From an uncultured Alphaproteobacteria bacterium (lineage in GTDB: Bacteria; Pseudomonadota; Alphaproteobacteria; HIMB59; GCA-002718135): DNA of 64,000 bases. Below the pieces are notes generated by a model. It was not told where the DNA came from, made no database searches, and saw only the letters and a list, made by a program, of their open reading frames with translations. Location: NCBI GenBank assembly GCA_902522865.1, contig CABYXC010000003.1:33672-97671 (forward strand), given 5' to 3'. Position numbers and translations under genes: made by a program. This document shows, piece by piece, positions 46,698-57,254 of this stretch (within the stretch, counting starts at the first letter, position 1; each line of letters starts with the position of its first letter).

Positions 46698-47378
46698 ATG
46701 AATAAAAATATCTTGATTGTTGATGATGATAAAAGATTGCGAGAACTCCTTAAAGATTATTTAACAGAAAAAAATTTACAAGTTTATCAAAGTGAGGATT
46801 ACAACGAAGCAAAAGAAATTTTATCTCTTGTTTTGTTTGATTTAATCATTCTTGATAGAATGATGCCAAGTGGTGATGGTATAGAGCTTATTGAGCATGT
46901 AAAACAATTTTCAAATACACCAATAATTATGCTGACAGCAATGGGAGAAGACAAAGATAAAATTGATGGATTAAAAATTGGTGCTGATGATTATTTATCT
47001 AAACCATTTGAGCCAGAAGAATTATTTTTAAGGATTAAAAATTTACTAGATTTATTTGAAAACCTCAAAAACAAAAAAATTAAAATTTCGTTTGGTGAAT
47101 TTACCTTTGATACATCTAGTTTAAAATTACAAAAAAATGATAGATTAATTTATTTAACAGAGGGAGAAAATAATTTACTTGTAAAATTAATAAATAAAAG
47201 AAATGATATTGTTTTAAGAGAAGAACTAGCAGACCAGGAATTTGATGAAACTGAACTTAGAAAAGTTGATGTACAAGTTACACGTTTAAGACAAAAAATT
47301 GAAACAAATGCAAAACAACCTCAATTTATTAAAACAATTAGAGGTAAAGGATATAAATTAATTTGTAATGAAATTTAA
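46698..47378 (+). CDS. OmpR-family two-component response regulator
   Basis: Receiver domain ('ILIVDDD', phospho-Asp context 'LIILDRMMP', 'DDYLSKPF') plus a winged-helix output ('VDVQVTRLRQKIE', 'IKTIRGKGY'). Confidence 0.85.
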   Translation: MNKNILIVDDDKRLRELLKDYLTEKNLQVYQSEDYNEAKEILSLVLFDLIILDRMMPSGDGIELIEHVKQFSNTPIIMLTAMGEDKDKIDGLKIGADDYLSKPFEPEELFLRIKNLLDLFENLKNKKIKISFGEFTFDTSSLKLQKNDRLIYLTEGENNLLVKLINKRNDIVLREELADQEFDETELRKVDVQVTRLRQKIETNAKQPQFIKTIRGKGYKLICNEI

Positions 47379-48670
47379 TGATTAGAAAAATAATACCTTC
47401 TACGCTAATTGGAAGATCAATAATTATCATCTTTGTTCCTATAATTATTATAGTTCTAATTACTTCTTTTGTTTTTTATCAAACATCCTGGAGTATTATC
47501 TCTAAAAGATTAACTGAGTCTGTAGCTGCAGATATTAATGTTTTAGTAAAATTAATTGATAGTGATCTTACTAACATTGCGATTAATATAGCAAATCAAG
47601 ATTTTAAAATGAAAATTAATATTATTAATGATAAACAATTATTATCTTCAAAATTTAGTTTAAATTCAGGAATATTATCTAATAGACTAAATCAATCCTT
47701 AAGTAATTTAAAAAAAATATTTGATTATGATTTATCTAATCTTGAAGAAGGTGTTTTAATATACATCCAAATTGATGATGATATTTTAGAAATTAATGTT
47801 GATAAAGATAGACTATATAGTGAATCCGCTTTTGTCTTTCTGCTTTGGATGATTTTTGCTTCTATTATTCTTTTTTTTATGTCTTACTTTTTAATGAGTA
47901 GACAATTAAGACCCCTTAAAAGACTGGCGATAATTGCTGAGACATTTGGAAGAGGTTTAGATGCTCCAGATATCAAGACTGCGGGCGCATATGAAATAAG
48001 ACAAACTGCTAATGCTTTCAATCAGATGAGGACAAGAATTAAAAGATTTTTAAAGCAAAGAACAGAAATGCTGGCTGGTGTTAGCCATGATCTTAGAACT
48101 CCTTTAACGCGAATGAAATTACAAATTTCATTGATGAAAGATGAAAAAGCAAAATCTGAACTAGAAGTAGATGTTAATGAAATGACTTCAATGTTAGATA
48201 GTTATGTTAGTTTTGTAAAAACAGAATCACCTGAACCAATAGAAACAATTATAATAAATGAATTAATTGGTGATATTGTAAAAACTGTTGAAAAAAATGT
48301 TGTTAAGTTAACTGTAAAAGAAAAAAACACTATTCAAACTTCTGGGAGGCAGATCCAACTTAAAAGAGCATTCAATAACATAATTGATAATTCAAAAAGA
48401 TATGCAAAAAAAATTGAGATAATTCTTTATACAAATGAAAAAGATTGTGTCATTGAATTTAATGATGATGGTGAGGGTATACCAAGAGATAAATATGAAG
48501 ATGTATTTAAACCATTTTTTACTTTAGATCCCTCCAGGAACAAACTTAAAGGAGAAAGTGGTTTAGGATTAACTATTACAAGAGATATTATTAGATCACA
48601 TGGAGGTGATGTAAAGTTATCTGACTCAAATCTAGGAGGTCTTCAACTTAAAGTTTTACTTCCTCTTTGA
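47378..48670 (+). CDS. EnvZ-like sensor histidine kinase
   Basis: Two TM segments, HAMP, H-box 'LAGVSHDLRTPLTR', N-box 'NNIIDNSKRYA', G-boxes 'DDGEGIP' and 'GESGLGL'. 1-nt overlap with the regulator gene. Confidence 0.85.
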   Translation: MIRKIIPSTLIGRSIIIIFVPIIIIVLITSFVFYQTSWSIISKRLTESVAADINVLVKLIDSDLTNIAINIANQDFKMKINIINDKQLLSSKFSLNSGILSNRLNQSLSNLKKIFDYDLSNLEEGVLIYIQIDDDILEINVDKDRLYSESAFVFLLWMIFASIILFFMSYFLMSRQLRPLKRLAIIAETFGRGLDAPDIKTAGAYEIRQTANAFNQMRTRIKRFLKQRTEMLAGVSHDLRTPLTRMKLQISLMKDEKAKSELEVDVNEMTSMLDSYVSFVKTESPEPIETIIINELIGDIVKTVEKNVVKLTVKEKNTIQTSGRQIQLKRAFNNIIDNSKRYAKKIEIILYTNEKDCVIEFNDDGEGIPRDKYEDVFKPFFTLDPSRNKLKGESGLGLTITRDIIRSHGGDVKLSDSNLGGLQLKVLLPL

Positions 48671-48672
48671 TT

Positions 48673-49020
48673 TTAAAATAATTTACCACCATTATTTACC
48701 GGTTTATCTGGAGACAATAAAACTGGTTCATTTTCTAAATCTGGAACACCAAGAACTAATACTTCTGAAATTATTTTACCAATTTGTTTGGGTTTAAAGT
48801 TTACAACAGCAATAACTTGTTTATTAATTAATTCATCACTTTTATAATATTTTTGTAATTGTGCAGAGGTTTTTTTTATACCAACTTTTTCACCAAAATC
48901 TATTTTCAAAATTATGGATGGTTTTTTAAGTTCATTGTATTCATAGGCATCAATTACTGTTCCTATTCTTATATCTACATCTTCAAATTCTTTGTAATTT
49001 ATAAAATTATTAGAGTTCAT
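48673..49020 (-). CDS. tRNA-binding domain protein (CsaA/YgjH-like)
   Basis: 115 aa. 'FEDVDIRIGTVIDA' and 'VNFKPKQIGKIISEVLVLG' are typical of the OB-fold tRNA-binding domain. Confidence 0.7.
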   Translation of the reverse strand: MNSNNFINYKEFEDVDIRIGTVIDAYEYNELKKPSIILKIDFGEKVGIKKTSAQLQKYYKSDELINKQVIAVVNFKPKQIGKIISEVLVLGVPDLENEPVLLSPDKPVNNGGKLF

Positions 49021-49553
49021 GAAAATTTTATAACTTTTTCAATAGTGTTTAAATATTTATCTAAGGCACTCATGGTTTTTTCTAAACTTTCATTTTCATC
49101 ATTAAACCAAGTATATAGAGTTATATAATAAAGAGCAAAAATAATTTTTATTTTTATAACACCCTGAATACCACTAGGATTAATATTTGCAAAAGTAACA
49201 ATTAAAATTTTGCTCTCAATTAATTTAGGAATAAGTTTTAATACTCCTTGTGGTCTAGTCATAAAATGATTAATAATATTTTTTACAGAAGTTCTATATT
49301 CATTCAATATATCATAACGTGCCATCATTATTTCAAACAACATATCTCTCTGTGATGACTTTTCTATATTAGCAAGATTTTTTTTTAATTGAAAATCAAA
49401 GAAGTCATTAATATTCAAAATTAAATCAATTTTGTTATTCATATTTGGCAATTTAGTATTAGATAAAAAATTTTTAAGATTAATGTCTCTTAATTTTTTT
49501 TTCTCTAAATATTGTAAAGTCTTTTTTGCTAGAGATATTTTATTTTGATTCAC
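49017..49553 (-). CDS. Conserved helical protein, possibly COQ9/TetR-C-like (weak call)
   Basis: 178 aa, helical and K/N-rich. Overlaps its neighbours by 4 nt and 1 nt, so it is likely real. The family assignment rests on vague resemblance only. Confidence 0.3.
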   Translation of the reverse strand: MNQNKISLAKKTLQYLEKKKLRDINLKNFLSNTKLPNMNNKIDLILNINDFFDFQLKKNLANIEKSSQRDMLFEIMMARYDILNEYRTSVKNIINHFMTRPQGVLKLIPKLIESKILIVTFANINPSGIQGVIKIKIIFALYYITLYTWFNDENESLEKTMSALDKYLNTIEKVIKFS

Positions 49554-50365
49554 TAACCTTCACCTTGTTGTTTTGCTCTTGTATATGCTGCCTTAAAAAC
49601 TTGATTAAATATATTATCAACCTTATTTATTTTCATTTTCTTGATTCCTGCTTCGGTTGTACCACCTATAGTTGCAACAGTTTCAACCATTTTTTCAGCA
49701 GAAATATTATTTGAGTTTAGTAGATTTAAAGAACCTCTAAAAGTTTCATTAATTAAAATTTTAGCTATTTTTTTGGAAAAACCTAAATTAATTGCAGATT
49801 TTTCCATAATATCAATTAATTGAAATATGAAACCCGGACCACTCCCTGATACTGCTGTTGCTTTGTCTATAAAAGTTTCACTATTAAAAAAAAGAGTTTT
49901 GCCACTCAAAGAGAACAATTTATCAATCTCTTTAATTTCTTTTTTATTAATAGATTTATCTGTATAAATGCAATGAACACCCTCTCCTATTAAAGCGGGC
50001 ATGTTTGGCATTACTCTTACAATTTTGCTAATATTTAATAAATTTTTTTTAAAAATTTCTGTTTTTTTGCCAGCTATTACACTTATTGCTATAGATTTTT
50101 TATTAAAATTTGCATTTTTTAATTCTTTAAAGACATTTGTTAATTCAAGAGGTCGAGTTGCAAATATTATATAATCAAAATTATTTTGATTATTAATATC
50201 ATCAATTGATTTAAAAAATTTTATTTTCTTATTTCTATTTCTTTTTTTAAGAATTGAATATTTTTTTTTATCTATAACACTGATGGTGTAATTCTTAAAA
50301 TTAGACCATCCAGACATTAAAGATCCTCCCATATGACCACATCCAATTAATAAGATATTCTTCAT
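49553..50365 (-). CDS. proC: Pyrroline-5-carboxylate reductase
   Basis: 'ILLIGCGHMGGSL' Rossmann motif and C-terminal 'ATIGGTTEAGI' ProC signature. Confidence 0.85.
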   Translation of the reverse strand: MKNILLIGCGHMGGSLMSGWSNFKNYTISVIDKKKYSILKKRNRNKKIKFFKSIDDINNQNNFDYIIFATRPLELTNVFKELKNANFNKKSIAISVIAGKKTEIFKKNLLNISKIVRVMPNMPALIGEGVHCIYTDKSINKKEIKEIDKLFSLSGKTLFFNSETFIDKATAVSGSGPGFIFQLIDIMEKSAINLGFSKKIAKILINETFRGSLNLLNSNNISAEKMVETVATIGGTTEAGIKKMKINKVDNIFNQVFKAAYTRAKQQGEG

Positions 50366-50397
50366 CTATTTATAATATAGCAGTTTTATTATAAAAA

Positions 50398-50886
50398 TTA
50401 AGCTCTACCAATAACTTCAAAATTAGAAAATTTTATAGCTTCTTTAGGAGGAATATCGTCAAAGAGAACTTGCTGAAAACTTGGATAAAATTTTTCACAT
50501 TCATAAATTCCAATATCAACAAGATCTTCAAATTTCTTGTGCAATGTTTCTGTTGAATTATTTGATAATAAAGTGTGTCTAAAAGCTGGGATACCATTTT
50601 TACTTGTTATATCAAAATGCCCAATCCATAAGTTCTCATTTATAAGTCCAAGTAGTTCATACGCCTTATTGAGTTTAGTTTCAGGAAACTTAATATCAAA
50701 AGTTATTGAAAAACTTAGCGCATTAATATTTTCAGACCATGTGAAATATAACCTGTAAGCACACCAATGGGATGCTATCTCAGCAACTAATTCATGATCG
50801 GCAGCCCTACTAAAATTCCATTTTTTTTGATGAATAACATCTTCAATTATATCTATAGGATTTAACAATATATTCTCATTTTCCAT
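50398..50886 (-). CDS. YbjN-domain protein
   Basis: 162 aa. This is the conserved alphaproteobacterial position upstream of proC; 'LVAEI...W..YRL.F.W' pattern. Confidence 0.55.
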   Translation of the reverse strand: MENENILLNPIDIIEDVIHQKKWNFSRAADHELVAEIASHWCAYRLYFTWSENINALSFSITFDIKFPETKLNKAYELLGLINENLWIGHFDITSKNGIPAFRHTLLSNNSTETLHKKFEDLVDIGIYECEKFYPSFQQVLFDDIPPKEAIKFSNFEVIGRA

Positions 50887-50994
50887 ACACTATATAGTCA
50901 TGGCACATATAATAAGTACTATATATTGATTACTAGATTGGACTCGTATTTTGCAAGGAAAAATCCATAAAAAATGTGAATTAATTCAGGATTC

Positions 50995-51285
50995 CTATCT
51001 TTTTGATTTCTTTTTAATAGTTTTTTTCTTTTTAACTGTTTTTTTCTTAGATTTTACTGATCTTGAAGATGTCTTTTTTAATTTTTCATTTTCCATCATT
51101 ACTTTTTGCACCATTTTTTTCAGCGCATCAAATTCATCTTTTTTAACAAGATTCATTTTTTTTATTATTTTGTTAACTCGTAAAGATACAATTGTTTCAA
51201 TCTCTTCTTTAACACCTGAAAAAGTGCTCATAGCATCCACCGCAAATTTTGATAAATCGGAAAGTATTTTGTTTCTATCAACCAT
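50995..51285 (-). CDS. UbiK/BMFP-family small coiled-coil protein
   Basis: 96 aa. 'LSKFAVDAMSTFSGVKEEIE...VKKDEFDALKKMV' plus a Lys-rich tail. Preferred over the opposite-strand low-complexity ORF. Confidence 0.5.
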   Translation of the reverse strand: MVDRNKILSDLSKFAVDAMSTFSGVKEEIETIVSLRVNKIIKKMNLVKKDEFDALKKMVQKVMMENEKLKKTSSRSVKSKKKTVKKKKTIKKKSKR

Positions 51286-51308
51286 GTTATAATATTAAAT
51301 ATAGATAA

Positions 51309-52100
51309 ATGAATTTTATTCAACCATCAATAGATCCTGTCATCTTATCAATCGGTTTCATTGAGATAAGATGGTACAGTTTAGCATATATCTTGGGATT
51401 TCTATTAGGAATTTATATTATTAAAAAATTAAACGCAATTTATGGGAATCAATACAGTAATAAAAATATAGATAGCTTTCTTATTTGGGCAGTATTAGGT
51501 GTAATTATCGGAGGACGAACAGGTTATGTGATTTTTTATCAACTTAATGAATTTTTAACTAATCCTTTTTATCTATTTGAAATTTGGAATGGAGGAATGT
51601 CATTTCATGGTGGGTTGACGGGTATAATAATAAGTACCCTAATATTTGCAAAAATTAATGGAAAAAGTTTTTTCTACCTATCTGATTTAGTTTCAATCGT
51701 TGCTCCTATTGGATTATTCTTTGGTAGAATTGCAAACTTTATTAATACAGAACTAATAGGTAGACCAACTGATTTTTATATTTCAGTTATTTATCCATCA
51801 ATAGATAATATACCAAGGCATCCTTCTCAAATATATGAAGCTTTTCTCGAAGGAATTATTTTATTTCTCATATTATTAATCTATTTTTATAAGATAAAAA
51901 AATACAAAATTTATGGAGTAATTAGTGGTCTGTTTTTAGTATTTTATTCCATATTTAGATTTATAATTGAATACGTCAGAGAACCAGATTTGCACCTAGG
52001 ATTATTTTTTAATTTTATTTCAATGGGTCAAATACTATGTATACCTTTTTTTATTTTTGGAATATTAATAATTATCAATGTTAAGCAAAAGAAAAATTAA
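51309..52100 (+). CDS. lgt: Prolipoprotein diacylglyceryl transferase
   Basis: 'IRWYSLAYILGF', 'GGMSFHGGL', 'GRIANFIN.EL.GRPT' and 'HPSQIYEA' motifs. Confidence 0.9.
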   Translation: MNFIQPSIDPVILSIGFIEIRWYSLAYILGFLLGIYIIKKLNAIYGNQYSNKNIDSFLIWAVLGVIIGGRTGYVIFYQLNEFLTNPFYLFEIWNGGMSFHGGLTGIIISTLIFAKINGKSFFYLSDLVSIVAPIGLFFGRIANFINTELIGRPTDFYISVIYPSIDNIPRHPSQIYEAFLEGIILFLILLIYFYKIKKYKIYGVISGLFLVFYSIFRFIIEYVREPDLHLGLFFNFISMGQILCIPFFIFGILIIINVKQKKN

Positions 52101-53133
52101 TAAAGTAAAACTTCTTAACAATAAAAAAAATTTTCGTTTAGATAAATTTATAGAAACGGCTCTTTTCGCAAGTAATGGTTATTACCTAAGAAAAAAAACT
52201 ATAGGAAGAAAATTTGACTTTGTTACATCTCCAGAAATTTCACAAATGTTTGGAGAAATTATTGGTGTGTATTTGGTTTATCATTGGAAAGAAAAAATTA
52301 ACTCAAAATTTAATTTAATTGAATTAGGACCAGGGAATGGAACCTTATTTAAAGATATTGAAAGAACTGCAAAAATACTTCCTAACTTTTTCGAAAATGC
52401 TAATGTTAATTTAATAGAAATAAATAAAGAATTAAAAAAAATACAAGAGAAAAATTTAAATTATTTTAAGCAATCAAAAATTAGATGGTCAAAAGCTTTA
52501 AATTTCACATCTAAACTACCTTCAATAATATATTCAAATGAATTTTTTGACTGCTTTCCTGTAAGGCAATTTTTAAATAATAATAATAATAATTGGTTTG
52601 AAAGATATGTGAAATTCAATGAAAAGGAAAATAAATATTATTCTATAAATAAACGAGTAATTAGTAAAAAAATATTAGATTATTTAAATAAATACAAAAG
52701 ACAAAAAATTTATGAAGTTTCTTTTTCAAGAAATAAATATTTCGAGCAAATTTGCAAATATCTAAAAAAAAATAGAGGTATATGTATTTTAATCGATTAT
52801 GGATATAATAAAAAATTAAAAAGCTTTACGTTACAAGCAATATATAATCATAAAAAAACCAGTATATTTGAAAATATAGGGCAACAAGACATTTCAAGTC
52901 ATGTAAATTTCAATGAATTAATTGAAATAGCAAAACAAAACAAATTACAAATCAACGAATTTGTTACACAAAGAGATTTTTTAATAAAATATGGCATACT
53001 AGAACGAAAGAAAAAATTGCTAACTAAAAATCCAAATTTAAATAAAAATTTATTAGATGAACAAGTGGATAGATTAATTAATGTTGATAGGATGGGAAAA
53101 TTATTTAAATGTCTTGTTGTTTCTAACTTATGA
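52078..53133 (+). CDS. Class I SAM-dependent methyltransferase, DUF185/NDUFAF7-like
   Basis: 'DFVTSPEISQMFGE' and 'LIELGPGNGTL' motifs. Conserved lgt-DUF185-yfiH order. Contains an (AAT)5 Asn run at about 52573-52590. Confidence 0.65.
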   Translation: MLSKRKINKVKLLNNKKNFRLDKFIETALFASNGYYLRKKTIGRKFDFVTSPEISQMFGEIIGVYLVYHWKEKINSKFNLIELGPGNGTLFKDIERTAKILPNFFENANVNLIEINKELKKIQEKNLNYFKQSKIRWSKALNFTSKLPSIIYSNEFFDCFPVRQFLNNNNNNWFERYVKFNEKENKYYSINKRVISKKILDYLNKYKRQKIYEVSFSRNKYFEQICKYLKKNRGICILIDYGYNKKLKSFTLQAIYNHKKTSIFENIGQQDISSHVNFNELIEIAKQNKLQINEFVTQRDFLIKYGILERKKKLLTKNPNLNKNLLDEQVDRLINVDRMGKLFKCLVVSNL

Positions 53134-53894
53134 TTACTAAAAATTATTTTACACATGCAAAAATCAAGTCTTTTGTTAAAGCTGGTTTTTTTACTAGAAA
53201 TGGTGGAGTATCAAAAAAAGAAAACTATTCATTGAACTGTAGCTTAAACAGCAAAGATAGAAAGGTAAATGTAAAAAAAAATATTGATATTTGTTTAAAA
53301 AATTTAAAAATCAAAAAAAAAATTAAATTTATAAGTCAAATACACTCCAACAAGATTGTAGAAATTAATAAAAAAAATATAGGTAATAAATATTCTGGAG
53401 ATGGATTAATCACAAGTAATAAGCAGATAGCTTTAGGGGTTTTAACTGCAGATTGCTGTCCAATTTTTATTTTTGATAAAAATAGAAAATATATTTGTGC
53501 TCTTCATTCAGGTTGGAAAGGTGCATTAAAAAATATAGCAGCTAAAAGTATAGGATATTTTGTTAAACAAAAAATAATAAAAAAAAAAATTGTGGTTCTT
53601 ATTGGTCCTTGTTTGAGCTTTAAAAACTTTGAAGTATCAAAAGACTTTAAAAGTAAGTTTATAAGCAAAAATAAAAAATACTCTATTTTCTTCAAACACA
53701 AAAATAAAGACAAAGATTTATTTAATTTTAGAGGATTGATTAACTATCAATTTAAGGAATTGGGTATTAAAAATATATATAATATTAACAAAGATACCTT
53801 CTCAAATAAGAGAGTTTTTTTTAGCCATCGAAGAGAATCACAAAAATTTAGAGATACTGGAAGAATGCTCAATATCATTGCATTTAATGATTAA
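53130..53894 (+). CDS. YfiH/PgeF-family (laccase-domain) purine nucleoside phosphorylase-like protein
   Basis: 'VLTADCCPI', 'LHSGWKG' and 'IGPCL' motifs. Confidence 0.75.
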   Translation: MITKNYFTHAKIKSFVKAGFFTRNGGVSKKENYSLNCSLNSKDRKVNVKKNIDICLKNLKIKKKIKFISQIHSNKIVEINKKNIGNKYSGDGLITSNKQIALGVLTADCCPIFIFDKNRKYICALHSGWKGALKNIAAKSIGYFVKQKIIKKKIVVLIGPCLSFKNFEVSKDFKSKFISKNKKYSIFFKHKNKDKDLFNFRGLINYQFKELGIKNIYNINKDTFSNKRVFFSHRRESQKFRDTGRMLNIIAFND

Positions 53895-53941
53895 TTTTGG
53901 TTGATCTATTATTATTCTAATATAGTAATTAATTTGATTAT

Positions 53942-54877
53942 ATGAAAATAATCGCCTGTAATAGTAGCAAATCCCTAGCAGAAAAAATTTCTAAACATAT
54001 TAATGTTCCATTAGCAGATGCCTCTGTCAGAACTTTTAACGATAGAGAAATATTTGTCGAAATAAATGAAAATATTAGAGGTGAAGATGTTTTTATTATT
54101 CAATCTACATCACATCCAGCAAATGACCATTTAATGGAACTTTTAATTACAATAGATGCTGCAAGAAGGGGATCAGCAAAAAGGATTACTGCTGTTATCC
54201 CATATTATGGATATGCAAGACAAGATAGAAAGACTGGGCCTAGAACACCAATCACTGCCAAACTTGTAGCAAATTTAATTACATCCGCGGGCGCTGATAG
54301 GGTATTAACAATGGATTTACATGCTGGTCAAATTCAAGGTTTTTTTGATATTCCTTTAGATAATATTTTTTCTGTAAGACCGATAATCGATGATGTCAAA
54401 GAAAGATTTAATGGAAATAAAGATTTAGTTGTTGCTTCACCTGATGTTGGAGGTGTTGTTAGAGCTAGAGCTTTTGCTAAAAGATTAGAAGCCGGACTGG
54501 CAATTGCCGATAAAAGAAGAGAAAAAGCTGGTGAGTCTGAAGTAATGAATATCATAGGAGATGTAAAAGATAAAACTTGTATCTTACTAGATGATATAGC
54601 TGATTCTGCAGGCACGTTATGCAACGCTGCTGAAGCTCTGAGTAAAAATGGGGCTAAAGAAATTTATTCTTATATTGTACACGGTGTATTATCCGGAGAT
54701 GCGCTAAAAAAGATTGAAAATTCAAGCATAAAAGAATTGGTCTTAACAGATACAATAGAGCCTTCTAAAGAGGTAAAAAGCACAAAAAACATTAGACATA
54801 TTAGTATTGCTCCTTTAATGGGTGATGCGATAAAAAGGATTAACACTGATACTTCAGTGTCCGCCCTTTTCGATTAA
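53942..54877 (+). CDS. prs: Ribose-phosphate pyrophosphokinase
   Basis: '[10 protein letters not shown]', '[11 protein letters not shown]' and '[12 protein letters not shown]' motifs. Confidence 0.95.
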   Translation: MKIIACNSSKSLAEKISKHINVPLADASVRTFNDREIFVEINENIRGEDVFIIQSTSHPANDHLMELLITIDAARRGSAKRITAVIPYYGYARQDRKTGPRTPITAKLVANLITSAGADRVLTMDLHAGQIQGFFDIPLDNIFSVRPIIDDVKERFNGNKDLVVASPDVGGVVRARAFAKRLEAGLAIADKRREKAGESEVMNIIGDVKDKTCILLDDIADSAGTLCNAAEALSKNGAKEIYSYIVHGVLSGDALKKIENSSIKELVLTDTIEPSKEVKSTKNIRHISIAPLMGDAIKRINTDTSVSALFD

Positions 54878-54891
54878 ATTTTTTTTATTTT

Positions 54892-55569
54892 ATGAGTGAT
54901 TTTAAAGCGATAGAAAGAAATAAAGATATTGGTTCAAATCATAATCTTTTAATGAAGGGATTAGTCCCTGGTATTATTTATGGCAAGGGAACTGAGCCTA
55001 AGAAAATTGCTCTAGAAGATAAAATACTCAAAAAATTAATGGGTACTGGTTCTTTTTATTCAACAATTATCGATCTAGATGTCGATGGAAAGAAAGAAAA
55101 AATACTTCCTAAACAATTGCAATATCACCCTGTTAGTGATCGACTTATACATTTTGATTTTTTAAGAGTACAAGAAAATACAAAAGTAAATGTTGAAATT
55201 CCTGTTGAGTTTTTAAATCAAGATAAATGTCCTGGTCTGAAAAAAGGTGGAGTTTTAAATACTGTTAGAAGACTTGTTGAACTAACATGTAATGCGAATA
55301 ATATACCTAGCAAACTAGAATTTGATTTAGTTGAAAGTGAAATAGGTGATGCAGTTAAAATTAGTAATATTCAACTACCTGAGGGAGTAACTCCTACTAT
55401 ATCAGATAGAGACTTCGTAATAGCTACTTTAGTTCCGCCAACTGTAGAAGTTGAAACTAAAACTGAAGAAACAACTGAAGAAGGTGCGGCAGAAGGTGGT
55501 GAAGAAAAATCAGAGGAAAAGAAGGAAGAATCTTCTGATAATAAAGAAGAAAATAAAGAATCTAAGTAA
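54892..55569 (+). CDS. rplY: 50S ribosomal protein L25/general stress protein Ctc
   Basis: 'GLVPGIIYG', 'HPVSDRLIHFDF' and an acidic/Lys-rich C-terminal tail. Confidence 0.85.
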   Translation: MSDFKAIERNKDIGSNHNLLMKGLVPGIIYGKGTEPKKIALEDKILKKLMGTGSFYSTIIDLDVDGKKEKILPKQLQYHPVSDRLIHFDFLRVQENTKVNVEIPVEFLNQDKCPGLKKGGVLNTVRRLVELTCNANNIPSKLEFDLVESEIGDAVKISNIQLPEGVTPTISDRDFVIATLVPPTVEVETKTEETTEEGAAEGGEEKSEEKKEESSDNKEENKESK

Positions 55570-55590
55570 CTTTACTTTATATTTCATTAT

Positions 55591-56151
55591 ATGTTTTTAA
55601 TTTGTGGACTTGGAAACCCAGGTGTAAATTATAATAATACCAGACATAATGTAGGCTTCCATTTAGCGGATAATATAATCTCACATCTTAATTTAGATAA
55701 AATCAAAGAAGATAAAATAAAAGAATTATATTCAGGTCTAATAAATAATCAAAAAATCTTTGTATTAAAACCTCTTACATTTATGAATTTGTCTGGAAAA
55801 GCTGTTTCAGAAATTATAAATTTTTATAAAATAAAATTAGACCATACTTTTGTTATACATGATGACCTGGATTTAGAATTATCCAAAGTAAAAATAAAAC
55901 AAGGTGGCGGAAACGGAGGTCATAATGGGTTGGAAAGTATTGATCAATTTATAGGAGAAAATTATTTTAGAATACGTATTGGAATTGATCATCCTGGGCA
56001 TAAAGATTTAGTTTCAAGTTATGTTTTAAATAAGTTTTCAAAATCAGAAGAAGAAATAATAAATAAAAAAATTGATAAAATGGTTAAAAATATAGAATTA
56101 ATATTTTCAGATATTCCTCTATTTTTAACAAAAATCAGTGAGCAAAATTAA
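55591..56151 (+). CDS. pth: Peptidyl-tRNA hydrolase
   Basis: 'GLGNPG..Y..TRHNVGF' and 'GGGNGGHNGL' motifs. Confidence 0.9.
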   Translation: MFLICGLGNPGVNYNNTRHNVGFHLADNIISHLNLDKIKEDKIKELYSGLINNQKIFVLKPLTFMNLSGKAVSEIINFYKIKLDHTFVIHDDLDLELSKVKIKQGGGNGGHNGLESIDQFIGENYFRIRIGIDHPGHKDLVSSYVLNKFSKSEEEIINKKIDKMVKNIELIFSDIPLFLTKISEQN

Positions 56152-56153
56152 TT

Positions 56154-57254
56154 ATGGGATTTAAGTGTGGGATAGTTGGGTTGCCAAATGTTGGTAAATC
56201 CACTTTATTCAATGCTCTTACCCAATCAAATAAAGCGGAAGCTGCAAATTATCCATTTGCAACAATAGAACCAAATATAGGAAGAGTTGCAGTGCCCGAT
56301 GACAGATTAGACAAACTTGCGATCATTGGAAAGAGTGAAAAAATAATTCCTTCTTTTATGGATTTTGTTGATATTGCTGGATTAGTAAAAGGAGCCTCAC
56401 AAGGAGAAGGTTTAGGAAATAAATTTTTAGGACATGTTAGGGAAGTTGACGCCATAGCACATGTTGTTAGATGCTTTGAAGATACTAATATTACTCATGT
56501 ATCTTCAAAAATTGATCCATTAGATGATATTGAAACAATAAATTTAGAATTGCAATTAGCTGATCTTGAAAGCTTAAATAATAAAAAAACTAGTTTAGAA
56601 AAAAAATTAAAAGCAAACGATAAAGAAGCTAAGCATCAATTTGATATAATAAATAAAATCTTACAAATGCTAGATACTAATAGTATTTTAAAAATTGATG
56701 AATTTGCTAGTAATGAAATTGACTTTGTAAATAGTCTTAACTTAATTAGTCTAAAGCCTACTATGTACATATGTAACGTAGATGAAGAATCTATTCATAC
56801 TGGAAACGAGTTATCAAAAAAAGTCATGGAGTTTGCCAAAAAAAATAATCATTCTGTAGTTTTAATCTCTGCATCAATAGAAGCACAAATAGCAGAATTA
56901 GATAATGAAGAAGAAAAACTTGAATTTCTTAAAGAACTTAATTTAGATCAAACAACATTAAATAAGGTTATAAAATCAGGATATGAACTTTTAGGTTTGA
57001 TAAACTATTTTACATGTGGTCCAAAAGAAACAAGATCATGGACAATAAAAAAAGAAACACTCGCACCTCAAGCTGCTGGAAAAATTCACACTGATTTTGA
57101 AAAAGGATTTATTAGAGCAGAAACTGTCTCTTACAACGACTATATAGAAAATAATGGTGATGCTGGAAGTAGAGATTCAGGAAAGCTAAGACAAGAAGGT
57201 AAAGATTATATCGTCAAAGATGGTGATGTAATGAACTTTTTATTTAATGTCTAA
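56154..57254 (+). CDS. ychF: Redox-regulated ATPase YchF
   Basis: 'GIVGLPNVGKSTLFNALT', 'DIAGLVKGAS.GEGLGN' and C-terminal TGS-like 'FIRAE'. Confidence 0.95.
   Translation: MGFKCGIVGLPNVGKSTLFNALTQSNKAEAANYPFATIEPNIGRVAVPDDRLDKLAIIGKSEKIIPSFMDFVDIAGLVKGASQGEGLGNKFLGHVREVDAIAHVVRCFEDTNITHVSSKIDPLDDIETINLELQLADLESLNNKKTSLEKKLKANDKEAKHQFDIINKILQMLDTNSILKIDEFASNEIDFVNSLNLISLKPTMYICNVDEESIHTGNELSKKVMEFAKKNNHSVVLISASIEAQIAELDNEEEKLEFLKELNLDQTTLNKVIKSGYELLGLINYFTCGPKETRSWTIKKETLAPQAAGKIHTDFEKGFIRAETVSYNDYIENNGDAGSRDSGKLRQEGKDYIVKDGDVMNFLFNV

Noticed and set aside
50951-51292. 113-aa plus-strand ORF antisense to the UbiK-like gene
   Set aside because: Its F/L/I/S low-complexity translation has no motifs. 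The minus-strand product has a recognisable BMFP/UbiK-like coiled-coil sequence.
52573-52590. (AAT)n microsatellite and long A-runs (e.g. A11 at 53579-53589) as phase-variation switches
   Set aside because: The AAT repeat is in frame (an Asn run), so slippage would not switch the gene off. Homopolymeric A/T tracts are ubiquitous in this AT-rich sequence, and these fall in housekeeping genes.
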